From: Nemertoderma westbladi
Taxonomy: Eukaryota > Animalia > Xenacoelomorpha
Direction of reading: 5' to 3'
NCBI GenBank assembly: GCA_032718475.1
Contig: JAUCBJ010009086.1
Coordinates: forward strand, 1 to 40,726
DNA length: 40,726 nucleotides
Position numbers and translations under genes: made by a program. How positions within the stretch are numbered: the stretch's first letter is position 1; each line of letters opens with the position of its first letter. Below, piece after piece: positions 1 to 11,400 of this stretch. Under the pieces are notes generated by a model. The model ran no database searches, was not told the DNA's origin, and was given only the letters and a program-made list of their open reading frames with translations.

Positions 1-77
1 AGATGCCGATTACGACTATGTGATAGCAATAGATCAAACAGGAGGGGGAGCCACAACTTCTATTACGGACCCCTATG
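1..77 (+). CDS. Upstream coding exon (5'-truncated by the window) of the pesticin-like gene
   Basis: Frame 2 is open (DADYDYVIAIDQTGGGATTSITDPYG) and ends at donor G|GTTAGT (77|78). Phase 1 joins in frame to the acceptor TTTTAG| at 272|273. Confidence 0.7.
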
Positions 78-272
78 GTTAGTAATACTATTAATGTATA
101 GGGCTAAACGTCTTACAGATAAAGTATTTAGCATATATAATGGATTGAATAACTCTTTGAACATAAAATATAATTATGGTAGTGGTAGACCTACATTTTT
201 TCTTTAATTCCTTTATAATTATTGCAGATGCCTTACTTAAGCATTGATACCTGACTTATTATTATATTTTAG

Positions 273-649
273 GAATTCTGGGTTACCATCACGAAAGTAG
301 CTACTTGTTCGCTAGCGGTAAACCAGCCTCGCTAACAGTTATATCAAACATACCGGGATTTAAAGATGTCTACGATCACTTGATAGACCGTGAAGGCAAA
401 CTAAATGTTGGTTATATACCAACATCTGGCTCTGGGGTTACCATAGCAACTGGTGTTGATTTGGGACAACAGTCAGTAAAAGAATTACGGAGAAAAGGGA
501 TATCAGAGGAATTGATTGCCAAACTGAAAGATTACCTTGGTAAGAAGACGAGAGCCGAGGTAGACGCTGCTGGATTGAACCCGGCGGATCTGAAGCTAAG
601 CGACGATGAAGTGGCTGAACTCGATAAACCATTTGTTGACGATGCTATG
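273..649 (+). CDS. Exon encoding the N-terminal half of a pesticin C-terminal-like muramidase (T4-lysozyme-like fold) domain
   Basis: Acceptor ttttAG at 272, donor ATG|GTAAGC at 649|650. Translation contains LIDREGKLNVGYIP-x3-SGVTIATGVDLGQ, the EG...GYVP...SGVTIxxGxDLG signature of pesticin-like muramidases. Confidence 0.85.
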
Positions 650-743
650 GTAAGCCAAGTTACTTCCATGTGCCAAACTGGGGGTGAGGTGGGGATTTTA
701 TAAGGAATAAATGAATTGTTGTGGGGTGGGTGACGGCGAATAA

Positions 744-1045
744 ATATATATGTTATAGTACATTGTGATAATGCTCTCCATAGCGAAAAATATATCAATC
801 GCCCCTATTGGGGCTCGAACCCGGAACCTAGGTTTCAAACTTCCGGTTATCATCAGCCGAGTGTGTGTCCTAAGACCACTGAGCTACCAGGGCGGTAGAA
901 GAGTTATTCGCTGTGGAGTGGGGTATCATTTTTAGGCCTTTTTACGTCACTCAGTAAAGTACAACGTTATTACCGTGCTATGGTAATCAGAAATGATATT
1001 TTTCGCTATGGAGAGCATTATCATAATGTATTATAACATATATAT
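744..1045. mobile_element. Small TIR element (MITE-like) in the intron, with an internal tRNA-like sequence
   Basis: ~50-bp inverted repeats (ATATATATGTTATAgTACATTgTGATAATGCTCTCCATAGCGAAAAATAT) at ~744-794 and ~996-1045 with 2 mismatches. Confidence 0.7.
800..893 (-). pseudogene. tRNA-derived sequence (Pol III A and B boxes)
   Basis: Minus strand reads GCCCTGGTAGCTCAGTGG ... GGGTTCGAGCCCCAATAGGGGC. A box, B box and a partial acceptor stem are present, but the central arms are irregular. Confidence 0.55.
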
Positions 1046-1333
1046 GGATTTTACTAAGGGTAGGACCTGAGGTAGGAATGTCAGAGTAACCTGGCTACCG
1101 CGGATTGGAGGCAGTGTTCAACCTGAGGTGTTAGTATGGCACCCTCAGTTACGTAACTGTCAAGAGAGAGAATCATTCGGGTAGCCACTAGTGTTTCATG
1201 TTTGACGTTCACCAATAACTTTACACTTAACTTTCTGTATAAGAAGGAATATTTCGGGAATGGTTTGAAAACTTGCCAAAATTTATTGTAAAAAATCAGG
1301 TTGTCTAACTTCTACGTAAAATACTCCATTTAG

Positions 1334-1621
1334 AAAGCTGTCCAAAGCTACTCGACTAAAATGACGACTAAAGGTTTATCAGTGTTGGTGTCACTTCGGC
1401 ATTGGAGTTATCGTCTGGGAAACACGTCGCCAGACGGTAAGTTGGCTGTTGTAGTGAAGGAAGGAAAGGAACAGATAGTGAAGAATTACGTGTGGGAAGC
1501 AATTAAAGAGAAGACCGCTACGGATTCTGAGTTGCGGGATGCCTTGTGGGAAACTCTTAAACACCATCGAAGTGATACAGCTGCGTATAACAGAATACGA
1601 CACGAGATCAACTATCTGTAA
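1334..1621 (+). CDS. Terminal exon of the pesticin-like muramidase gene
   Basis: Acceptor ccatttAG at 1333, phase 0, in frame with ORF 1361-1621. Contains VLVSLRH and ends YNRIRHEINYL*, resembling the C-terminal RRxxEAxYL motif of this family. AATAAA at ~1734. Confidence 0.8.
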   Translation, partial: KAVQSYSTKMTTKGLSVLVSLRHWSYRLGNTSPDGKLAVVVKEGKEQIVKNYVWEAIKEKTATDSELRDALWETLKHHRSDTAAYNRIRHEINYL

Positions 1622-2009
1622 CTCGTAAATTACAGTAATAATGGTGGTGGAAAGTGACGTTACAGACATTTTTAAATTAGGACAAACTGTTGATATATAG
1701 TACATTGTATGTGAGGTATATTACTCCAGGTATAATAAAACCTTTTGAAATTGAAATTATGTTTTAGCGTATAGTATAACTAACCATGGGATCAGTTCAT
1801 CATGTAAACTATTTGTAATAAACCCATCACTCCATTTATTGAATGATGTAAAAAATGAAAGAGTTCGTATGTTCGTTTTTGTCAATGCAAGAAATTTGTT
1901 AACATTTATTTTATTCACAATAATATGCCCGTGCAATATATTTAACTCACATAACGCTCGTATCCAACCTGTAATTCACGTATTCAAATTGTAACGCTCG
2001 AGTCAACCT

Positions 2010-2097
2010 GTATCACACATGTACTGTATGTATCACACATGTCACACATGTACTGTATGTATCACACATGTCACACATGTATCACACATGTACTGTG
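2010..2097. repeat. Short tandem repeat (TCACACATG / TACTGTATGTA units)
   Basis: Repeated TCACACATGTACTGTATGTA-type units are directly visible. Confidence 0.8.
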
Positions 2098-3159
2098 TCT
2101 AATTTGTAACAATCGTGAACCTCAGTGATCGAAAGTTAATTTCCAACCTGTAAAAGGCTGTAAGGTACCGATTCCACCCATGTTAAACCTGCAACAGTCT
2201 GAAGAAGTAAAATAAAAGAAAACTTTCTTAGGCCGTTAGGCCAGGGATTACGCACAAAGTCTAACGATTTATTTCCTGCGCGGTGCGGAGTGCGGTCCCC
2301 CCAGAACAATACTCCCGGACAGGGTTTTTTTTGGCGGTAAATGTGGCGCCAGCGCCATAGCACATGGCCGTGGCGCCATTGGGAGGAGGCTCGATGAGGC
2401 CATTTCGCCATGCATATTATCTGATAACAGTACAGTATCATCGGTATTAAACAAATAAATTAAACATAAATAAAATATAAAACAAATATTTATATAGAAA
2501 AATATTTAAATAAACATAGATTCCCACACAGACTCATATTGTTTGAGGTGGTGGGGTGGGCACATTATCTGAACGTTCAACTAGTTAAGTTGACTTTTTT
2601 ATTTAATGTGGTTTTATTAACTTGACACTGCGAATTTAGTTAGTTACAAAAAGATAGTTTACTTTTCTAATAGTTTACGTTTATTTTAATTAAAATTACA
2701 AGAATTGAATTTGAAAAAAATAATTACAGCAGAAGATTAAAATAAAACGAATAATATAACTCAAATTTAAATCATTAGACGGGATAATAAATGAAATTGA
2801 CTAAAATTAAGGTTAAAACAATTTAGAGCAATTGTAGTCCTTTTCATTCATTTTCAATATATTTGGGTCAATGATAGCAAATAGTTGTTGTCTTTACGAT
2901 TTTGACATGCCAATAAATTTGTCGGATTTAATTAAAGCTGTCGAGTTGACAATTTGTAGGCATAAATATGTCCAAAAGTTAAGGTTGAAGTTACAAAAAA
3001 TATCATTTAGATATGGATACCAGCGCAAGCAACCATAAACGCCTAGCCTATTAGCTACAATGGGTCAACATTCTACAACATTCTACCAACAATCTATAAA
3101 CGACCTTGCTAGTCCCTTTAAATAATTTCGTGCACAAATGGAAACTGGATACTGCCCAG

Positions 3160-3230
3160 GCCCTAGTGCGGGGATCGAACCCACGACCTCCGAAGTTGTG
3201 TGATTTCAATGAACCAACACACCAAGGTGG
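3160..3230 (-). mobile_element. Degenerate tRNA-related SINE head
   Basis: B box GGGTTCGATCCCC on the minus strand, with a degenerate A box upstream. Confidence 0.4.
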
Positions 3231-3303
3231 AACTTTGTCTATCATGTAAAGATCGTGTCAAAACAGTAACGCTCCTCGTCGAATTCGTCAATGTTAAATG
3301 AGT

Positions 3304-3629
3304 AATTTTATGGGAAAGGAGCAGGTTATAGTGGCACGTTTTTAAAACTGAAATACTAAACTAAATCAAGAGAACAGGTTACAGTTTCATTTTTGGGAAA
3401 AAAGAAGTTGTTATTTTCGTCAATTCTCCTGAAAGGGAAGAATTTAATTGCGTCGAAAGTCCCCCTTTCTGATATTTCACTCCAGTAGAGGCCGTGCAGA
3501 GTTGGGCAATTGTATCGTGATCTCACAATCCCTGTTTATATAAAACCTACAAATATTCTAAAAGTATCGTTTATTGTTTTGGTAGAAAAGCTCACATTGC
3601 CCCTGTAACCTGTTCCTTTCCCTGAATTA
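3304..3629. repeat. Copy of the dispersed GGGAAAGGAGCAGGTTAC repeat family with inverted ends
   Basis: AATTTTATGGGAAAGGAGCAGGTTA at the left and TAACCTGTTCCTTTCCCTGAATT at the right. Related copies lie at ~20100-20300, ~20450, ~23405-23580 and ~24135-24240. Confidence 0.6.
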
Positions 3630-4021
3630 TAATGTTGAACATCAGGTCATTTACTTTATACCAACCCGTACTCCGTACCGGTGCTACAGTATGTTTGTTA
3701 TGCCTGACCGAATATATAATATATTGATATTATACTGTATATGCATAGTTTGAATGAGAAGATAATCAGCAGTTGAGGGTTAACTGTATGTTCTCGGTTG
3801 TTTGCTATCAGTTGTCGCTTTTATGTAATCTATCGGTTGTCTGCAGTCGGATGTGTTCTTTCGGTTGTCTTATTCTTCAACTTCAACTTCAGAACTTAAC
3901 TTCAACTTATATATTTTTTTCCCAAATAATGAATAATACACAATACATAAAATATTGTATTACGCAAATACATCTATCAGTGGGGTAAATCTTTTCGACC
4001 TACGCGTAGGCCTACGCGTAG

Positions 4022-5256
4022 TGTTCGCGCTTTTGAAGACCTTTAGCAGTTTAACCTGCCAAAATTTATATGTCTTTTAGTTAATTAAAACACCTTTAGC
4101 ATACGCCAATAAGTTATGCTAATAAACAAAAACATTAGCCGAAGCCAGCCCATGCGCGATCATTCACCCGATGGATCTACACCCGGGAGGCTGACTTCGG
4201 ATGCTTAGATTTTATTATTGCAGTGTAAGGTTGCAGTGTAAACCTATTGTATTATTCGATAGATCACTAATAATTAATTTCTGACAGATATTATTAACTT
4301 TCGGGAAATATTAACAGTTCCTTTAGGACGTGGCGCTCTATCTATTTAAACAGAGCTAGGACTTATACTAAACGCAACGATACCGCTTATGATTAAAGTA
4401 TAAGTCGCATTCTTTAGGAAATGCTTTGTTACCAGTCACATCACACTCACAATCATGCACACTATTCTGCCGACCGTCAGTATATTTGATCACACATAAA
4501 GAGAACAGCAATTGACTCAGGTAGTGTCTACTAAATAACATTAGATTCAATACACACCACATTGATATAAATCGCAATTGTTATATATAGCCCGCCTCTC
4601 TAACCTGTAGTGTATCAAGAAAATTGGGAATTTTGGGTGATTTATCCGTATTCTCCAAAGAGCAATATTTCCATCAACAAATAGATACAATTAATAACTG
4701 ACGGTAAATAGCAGTACAAACAATATGATTAGTGCAGTTAAATTAAGTGAGGTAACACCGCCGGTAACAGTTATACTTTCTATAATCTAAGCAGTTTACT
4801 AGAGTTCTTCCCAAAAAGCCGGTGTTTCTGGCTTAGACAGCAATAACAACAAAGTATCAAGTAAGAGCAGTAAGACTGAACACTCTCCTTATGATCGGCT
4901 GAAAAGCTACACGTCGACAGGAAAAATCGCTCTGATTGGCTCAAGCCAAACAAAGAACCATGCATCCAATGGCTGTTTCCATGTCAGCAACCAGCTGTTA
5001 GATGTCGTAATATGAATCATCACGGCTAAGCTGTGAAAGGTAGTTGGTGCATTACAGGTTTTTTGCCTTACCATGTCCGCCAAAACACGTATATAACAGA
5101 ATGACTTTTATGTCCGTTAAAACACCTGTAACGGTACCTTGCGGGCGAGGGGAATATATATACAGTTAGAGAACCTTTTTAGAGTATTCCAGCGCCTGGG
5201 GGGAAACTGGATTGCGAAGCAAAAGGGGCCAGTTATATCCCACAGAAGCTTTTACA
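4022..5256 (-). repeat. 3' LTR of the BEL/Pao element
   Basis: Near-identical to 13276-14511 (I saw only a few differences, e.g. near 4196 and 4383). Preceded on the minus strand by the short purine tract TGGGAGCGG (PPT-like). Confidence 0.95.
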
Positions 5257-5334
5257 CCGCTCCCAGAAAATGGGATTTGAGTCTATAAATATACAAAAAT
5301 CACAGTTTCTAATATACGTAAATACTCTAAACAG

Positions 5335-6498
5335 TTAGTCTTTCTTGCGCGGACGGCGTTTACGCAGTTTTTTAAAGCTAGCAAGAGTCCTTTTCTCTTT
5401 GGGGCGAGCCACTTTACGAGGAGGGCTATAACTCCTGGGTGAAGGGTGCAATATGATTGCATCAGAAGGTATGGGATTGCGATCGGTATATCCGCCGGTC
5501 GAAGTACCGGGTTGATTGACATCAACGTCCGGGGAGAGGGGTCTAACGGCTTTGAGAGCTCGTTTCAAGACAGCCGCTCTTACGGGTCCTTTACGAGTGG
5601 TCTGAACGAGGGCCGTGGGTGGACCATAGGCAGTTAGAAACTTCCTTGGTTTAATGGTTCTTTCCAACTCGCGTTCGCGGGCTCTGTACTCGTAAGGCCG
5701 TCGATATACTTCCTGTAACTCAGGGTGTGAGTTGACAAATAAGTCTCCATAGGCCGGATCTTGACGGATAAAGTTTATTAAGTTATACGAATTGATGTCA
5801 CTCGGATTAATGCTCCTGAGGAATTTGCGTACATATTTGGTTGAAATATATTCTCCGACGCGCTTCAGTAGCTCGTAACTTGATATGTGTGATTTCTGTT
5901 CAACCGAAGCGAATAGATAAGGATGTAACGCATAAACTCTTTCGTAAGCGCGTCCGGGATAATAGCGATGGCGCGAATCACAATATAAATCAGTGTTCGC
6001 TTCCCAAGCTCTGATGTAACGTAGTGTGATCATTTCATCTACGCTCTCTAAATCATGATTAAAGGGACAATCAAAGCTGGCGTGTCCTTTTAATTGACAA
6101 TGATGGCATTGAGTCATAAATTGAGGGCAAACCGCAAAAATGTGCAAATTATTAAATCTGCAATACGCGCAATAAATTTCCATCGCCGGTTGTTCGGGGA
6201 AATAGGAACAGAGATCGTTGGTGTCCATAGACGTAATATGGTCTCTCGATGCGCACAGCCGACAACGTTGTCTAGAAACATAATTGGCATGGCGATAATC
6301 ATACGCAGTAAGACACTGTGGACCTTGATACCATTCTAGACTGTAATCGTAGTCGCTGTTCCGAGCGCGATAGGCTGAATCTCCTCAGATTCTAGGCATA
6401 TTGGTTCGTCTTCCCAGTCTGTTACGAATAGAATTTTCGTGATCTATTCTCGGTTTATCGTTACGACTCCGCTGGGTATGATATTTAAATAGAACCAT
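5335..6498 (-). CDS. Accessory ORF of the LTR element: zinc-knuckle, basic-tailed protein (297 aa from Met 6228; ~387 codons from ATG 6498 with one in-frame TGA at 6387-6385)
   Basis: Contains CAYCRFNNLHIFAVC and CHHCQLKGHASFDC. In-frame upstream sequence adds CRLCASRDH. C-terminus has SPRSYSPPRK and KKLRKRRPRKKD (NLS-like). Confidence 0.65.
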
Positions 6499-6784
6499 TT
6501 CCCTTTAGGGTGTCTACATCGTCCGTATCATGTAAATCGATAGGATGGCCGGTAGTTAAGAAGTCCATATACGTACCATTACGATGCGTATAGCGAGCGG
6601 TTAATTTTCGATAGTCCAATTCACGCGTAAGTTGCTCTTGGGACATCGGCGGTTCGATATAACGACCATCGTCCTCCGTAATAGTCGGATCGGCTTCACC
6701 GCGTATCAAGCTATCCACAAACGCTTGTAAAGGTAGAGTATATCGCTCTCTAATACCAAGGTCATCTTCTATTAATTCCGTCAT
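6485..6784 (-). CDS. Small acidic ORF (99 aa) inside the LTR element, function unknown
   Basis: ATG-initiated ORF on the element sense strand with protein-like composition, overlapping the start of the next ORF by 14 nt. Confidence 0.4.
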   Translation of the reverse strand: MTELIEDDLGIRERYTLPLQAFVDSLIRGEADPTITEDDGRYIEPPMSQEQLTRELDYRKLTARYTHRNGTYMDFLTTGHPIDLHDTDDVDTLKGNGSI

Positions 6785-7594
6785 ATCTGCTATCTGAGTT
6801 TATTAATATTAGTATGAGTCAATATTTAGGCAAGCGGGCGTCGCTGCCTACTAGTCTTTGACCCCGGACAGTGGGTTTCTCAGCGCCGATGTACCGTTGT
6901 CGCGGTGTTTGCGCCAACATGTAGCAACAGCACGACAACGATAATCGACACAAGTCCCACCACTGTCCGTCCCAAAGGCTTGAATCCACTTGAGGTTATC
7001 TCGGTAGAGTTAGGCTACTTTACAATTGCGATTAGCTACTGTAAACACACTTTAGTAGTATCATTCACCTATAAACGCACAAATTCCATACAATCATTAC
7101 TTACTGCACACATGCATGCCATTTGTCCGTTAGTCAGTGTCTTCCAGAATGTCACGTTATTACTATGTATCCTTGGATACTAATAGTGCGCTATGTATTC
7201 TCTTATGCTACGCAATGGGGCAAGCCTTTATTGTTCCTTTAACTTGCTTCTAATTCCAGCGTGGGTGTTGCCATGGTGACATTATGGAAAACTAGCGGTA
7301 GAATTAGGGTAATTCTCATGCATACAGATCTGGGATGTTATTTAATAGTAATTCTTTAATTGTCAATATCCTCTTTATGCATGATTTTATAAATTTTATC
7401 GGCTATTGACTATATGTTGGAGATTCTCACACTCTAATACACTCAATATGAATCTCCGCTCCCATGATCTATTAATTACTGGAATTTTGGGAATGTTATA
7501 AATTGCACAAAATGACAATTTATGAAATTCATTTGAATATGAATTTAAATTTATTCCCGTGAATTTTATTATTTGATGTTAAATTGACACAAAT

Positions 7595-7870
7595 TTTATT
7601 CCAGAGCATATCTGGGGACTTAGGATCCTTAATTCTATAAAATAGTCCTTCTAAGAATATCGGTAAATACTGCGATATCTTAATTGACTAGAAATTTTAA
7701 AGGATCGGGATTTTACAGATTTTAATAAATATTAAATTAATATTTAGGATGGGCACCGATTTATTCCAGAACTTGTCTGGGGACATTAACCACTGATTCT
7801 AGAATTTGTCTTTCAAGTATATCGGTGGGTGCCACGATATCTTAATCGACTAGAATTACAGAAGGTCAAA
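7595..7870. repeat. Diverged direct repeat pair (~115 bp) in the 3' non-coding part of the LTR element
   Basis: TTTATTCCAGA...TCTGGGGAC...TATCGGT...CGATATCTTAAT.GACTAGAA occurs at ~7596 and ~7760. Confidence 0.7.
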
Positions 7871-8405
7871 AGTTTAACAGATTTATTTGCGATTTACGCT
7901 ACTGTTAGAGGGACATCACGCTACTATATGTATTATTTGTTATAAGGTAGAAGAGCAATATCGCACGAAGCAATGTCAGTGTGAAGAGGCAAGTCGTTTC
8001 CAAGGTCTACCCAGAGCTTGGTTTAGCCGAGACACGAGGATCTGAACTTTGCATTCCTAATACTCTGCCTACCAATAATACTTAAATATAGTAGTGGCTT
8101 TATTGTACTTTAATAAGTACGGACATTTCATCTTACTGTAGTCACGTATTTATAATATGATACGGACAGTAAGGAAAGAGAAAAATAATTATTTCTCGCC
8201 GTCGCACTAAATATATATTATAAATAATTACGTACGTAATAAACACTAATATATTGCACTAATCTACTAAATAATCCCTAAAATAACATTCTACCAAATA
8301 AAATTAAAGAAAACGATTATAATAATATTACATAATAATACATACATAAATATAAAATAAAAACAAATATAAAATGATATAGTCACACACCCACTCCATA
8401 TGTTA

Positions 8406-11400
8406 TTACGTTATGGAGTCCCTAGATATTTGTCGGATTAGGGAAGTGGTCGTAGGAAGAGTATCTTGCCTTCCATAGTTTCCGGACAGTTTTTGGTCTC
8501 TTTCCAGTAAACATAAACGACCAGCTGGGTGATTGGGTTGTCGTGTTACTTTCTCCGCTCCCTTGGCCTGTCTAATTTCTGCCGTGGTAAGATGAGGAGG
8601 CCATTCTTCTTCTTCTTTACTTAAGGAGTCGGATCCACCTAACCAGCCTGGAGTATCTATCAGTTCTTGAGGAGTTGCTCCTCTGGAAGCGATGTCGGCT
8701 GGATTAATCGTCCCAAGGCAATGTCTCCATTGATCTACATTGGAGTTAATATCGTCATTATCTGAGGAGTATGGTGTTCCCTCAGTTGGATCGTCCACAT
8801 CACTGCTCTCCACTTCCCCCTTTACTTGGTATACCTGTTGTTGAGGTAATCTCTCTTTGAGAGTTCTGCGGGAAGGGCCAGTGAAGTACCAACCTACTCT
8901 AGTTCTTACCGCATAGGTTTGTAGTGGCTGCGGTTGAGCAGGCCGTTTCTCCAATGTCTCGAGCGCCTCATGCGCGTTTTGGCCGATGAGGATTTGCACT
9001 CCAGGATAATCGGTTTGGAATCGAGGTATCTCAAGATGTTGGATGCACTCGTCCTCGTCCCAGTTATAAGGTTCTGCTTGAGTAGTAGCAAAGTTCTTTA
9101 TAGCCACCATTTTTACTGACCTTATACCTTGTGTTCCTAACTTATCCTGGGGGGTGGACAACACACCTACATAGTAATCTGCCGTTAGGGTAGATTTCCA
9201 AACCTGCATAATTCCTGACATATTCAATTTAGTCCGGAACTTGGGTTGTCCAGCAAAGATATCTTCGGCTAGTTCTTGATTGATGAATGTTCCTGTGCTG
9301 CCGGAGTCAAGGAGGGCGTTCACTATGTAGCTTTTGTTAAGACCGTGAACTCTTACTTGAACTACAGGAAATTCTCTGATTCCTACGTTGGAAGCTGGAG
9401 CTTTCCAAGATGGTTGTTTGGCGAAAGTAGTTGGGGGAAACTCATCGTTGATGTCCTTTTCGTAAGTAAGTGCTCGACGATACACTGCGGTATTTATTAG
9501 ATAACAGGATTCGTTGGCATCGGAGAATTCGTCCGTATAGAATCCTTCCCACTCAGAACTTTGGTCAGTGTCGTTCACATCACTGAATTGGACATGTGAT
9601 TTGGGCTCACTTACCTGACTCGGGCTGTTTCGTTCGAATTCCGTGTGTAACAAGCTATGATGTTTTGCGCCGCACTTAGCACACCTTGCGTCAGAGTAAC
9701 AGGTTCGCCGCTGGTGTCCGCGTCTGAGACAGTTATAACATAACCGCTTATCCCACAGGACTCCACGTCTATCTGCCATGGATTTCTTTAGGAATTCTGC
9801 ACACGCACTCAAACGGTGGGGCCCGTCGCACAGCGCACATTTTGGTTTGATGTTACTCACCTTAACTTGGTTAACGTTATGCACTCTCGTTCTTTCTTCG
9901 GGCTTTCTTCCGTGAATTCTCTTAGGAGACGTAGGAGGAGTTGTTGTTACCTGTTCTCTCCTGTCACTGGTTCGAGACTTGTATTTACTTACGTCTTTAT
10001 AGGTCTTGTTGTCATAGTAAGATTTTGCTGTGTCTTTCCCGCTGTCCTCTTCTTGAGAAGCTTGGCTTTCGCCGTCGTCAGTATAACACACTGGTATTAT
10101 CCTTCTCCTAGAATCGGGTTTCTCACTTACCTTATTTTCCGATGTTTTCTCTCTGGCCTGCCTTATGAGTTGTAATTTTACTTCACTATCTAAGAAAGAC
10201 ATGAGATCAGCCATGGTAGGACTTCGTCGTTGTTGTTCATTCATGTACAACACTTTCTTGTCCCAGCGTGTACATACTCCACCCTTTGGTAAAGTAGAGA
10301 CTACGGCTCCAATAACCATGGAACTCTGATATTCATGCGACTTACCTAACCAGTCCAGTTGTCTACAGATCTCTTGAATTTCATCGGAAAACTCTATAAT
10401 CCCGCTACTAAGGAAGTGTCGGGGGGCTACTAATTTTGCATACAAATACTTAGCTATGTTATCCTTGTTACCATACCTGATGTTTAGTGTGTCCCAAACT
10501 TGTCTTAATCCATCTGGATATCCAATAAACTTTAACGCCATTAACTTGGGAGGTCCTTCCAAGCACTTGATGAGGAATCTAAGTTTCTCTCCGTTAGATA
10601 GTACAGAGTTCTGTATGCTATCTTTGTAATATTCGTTGAAAGGTAACCATTTCATCTCATCTCCATTGAATTTGACGATCTCTCCCACTTTGACCGCTTG
10701 GCGGGCTTCTGTTCTAGCCATCTGACGCGTAAAGCTTTCTTGGACCATCGTGTTATTTAATATCGAATTATCGGTATATAAATTTCTCGGATCATTATCA
10801 GGTCTATAGGGAATATCATTAATAACAGGTCTATAATCACCCTTAATAGGGTTTGTTATAGGAGTTTCAACTTCACTAGCAGTATAGATGCGTGTAGGCT
10901 CCACACCTTGCGCATGTAATACTTCAGACCTAACAGGTTGACACAATGTTACAGGGGGTATTGGTATGCCCTTTTGTATATTGACTAATTTATCGCGTTC
11001 TAGTGCGATACTTTGCTGCACTTCTTGCAACTCTGCTCTACCTTCCCTCACTGTTCCCTTAAGTTGGTGGACAGTCTCCTGCATCTGTCCCAGCAGGAGA
11101 TTCATCCCCCGCCGTCCCTCTTCCACCCACTCAACCGCCGAAGCGGGAGTCGCCAACATAGTAGCGGGCTGACGCGGGACGACGGGAGACAAATTATGGA
11201 TTTCTCTCTCTGCTATCTGGACAGGGGTATTTGCATGGACTGTTCCACCGGGTACAGGCAGTGTAGTGCTATGTAAAGGGAATTTAGAGTTAAGCTCTGG
11301 AAGTGTAGGGGTCTCTAGCACAGAAGTGACTTTGGGAACTACAGGCCTAATTATTTCAGGTTCATCTACTATAGTAGGGAGTCTTTTGACCTGGATAAAT

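Noticed and set aside
305-703. Stand-alone bacterial-style 132-aa gene or bacterial contamination
   Set aside because: The ORF is one exon running on into an intron. In-frame GT-AG joins to the flanking exons restore the complete domain.
800-893. Functional tRNA gene
   Set aside because: The acceptor stem is imperfect, no clean anticodon arm is present, and it is embedded in a TIR element.
4368-4965. Small ORFs in the LTRs (also 13617-14220 and 39746-40332)
   Set aside because: They are short, carry no recognisable motifs, and are not preserved between the LTR subfamilies.
5335-6228. env gene or Nanos orthologue
   Set aside because: No signal peptide or transmembrane helix, and the Cys/His spacing does not match the Nanos CCHC-CCHC pattern.
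6481-6503. Tandem slippery heptamers (GGGAAAT, TTTAAAT) linking the 99-aa ORF to the zinc-knuckle ORF
   Set aside because: This would need two successive -1 shifts, and I saw no stimulatory structure. An in-frame ATG at 6498 is a simpler explanation.
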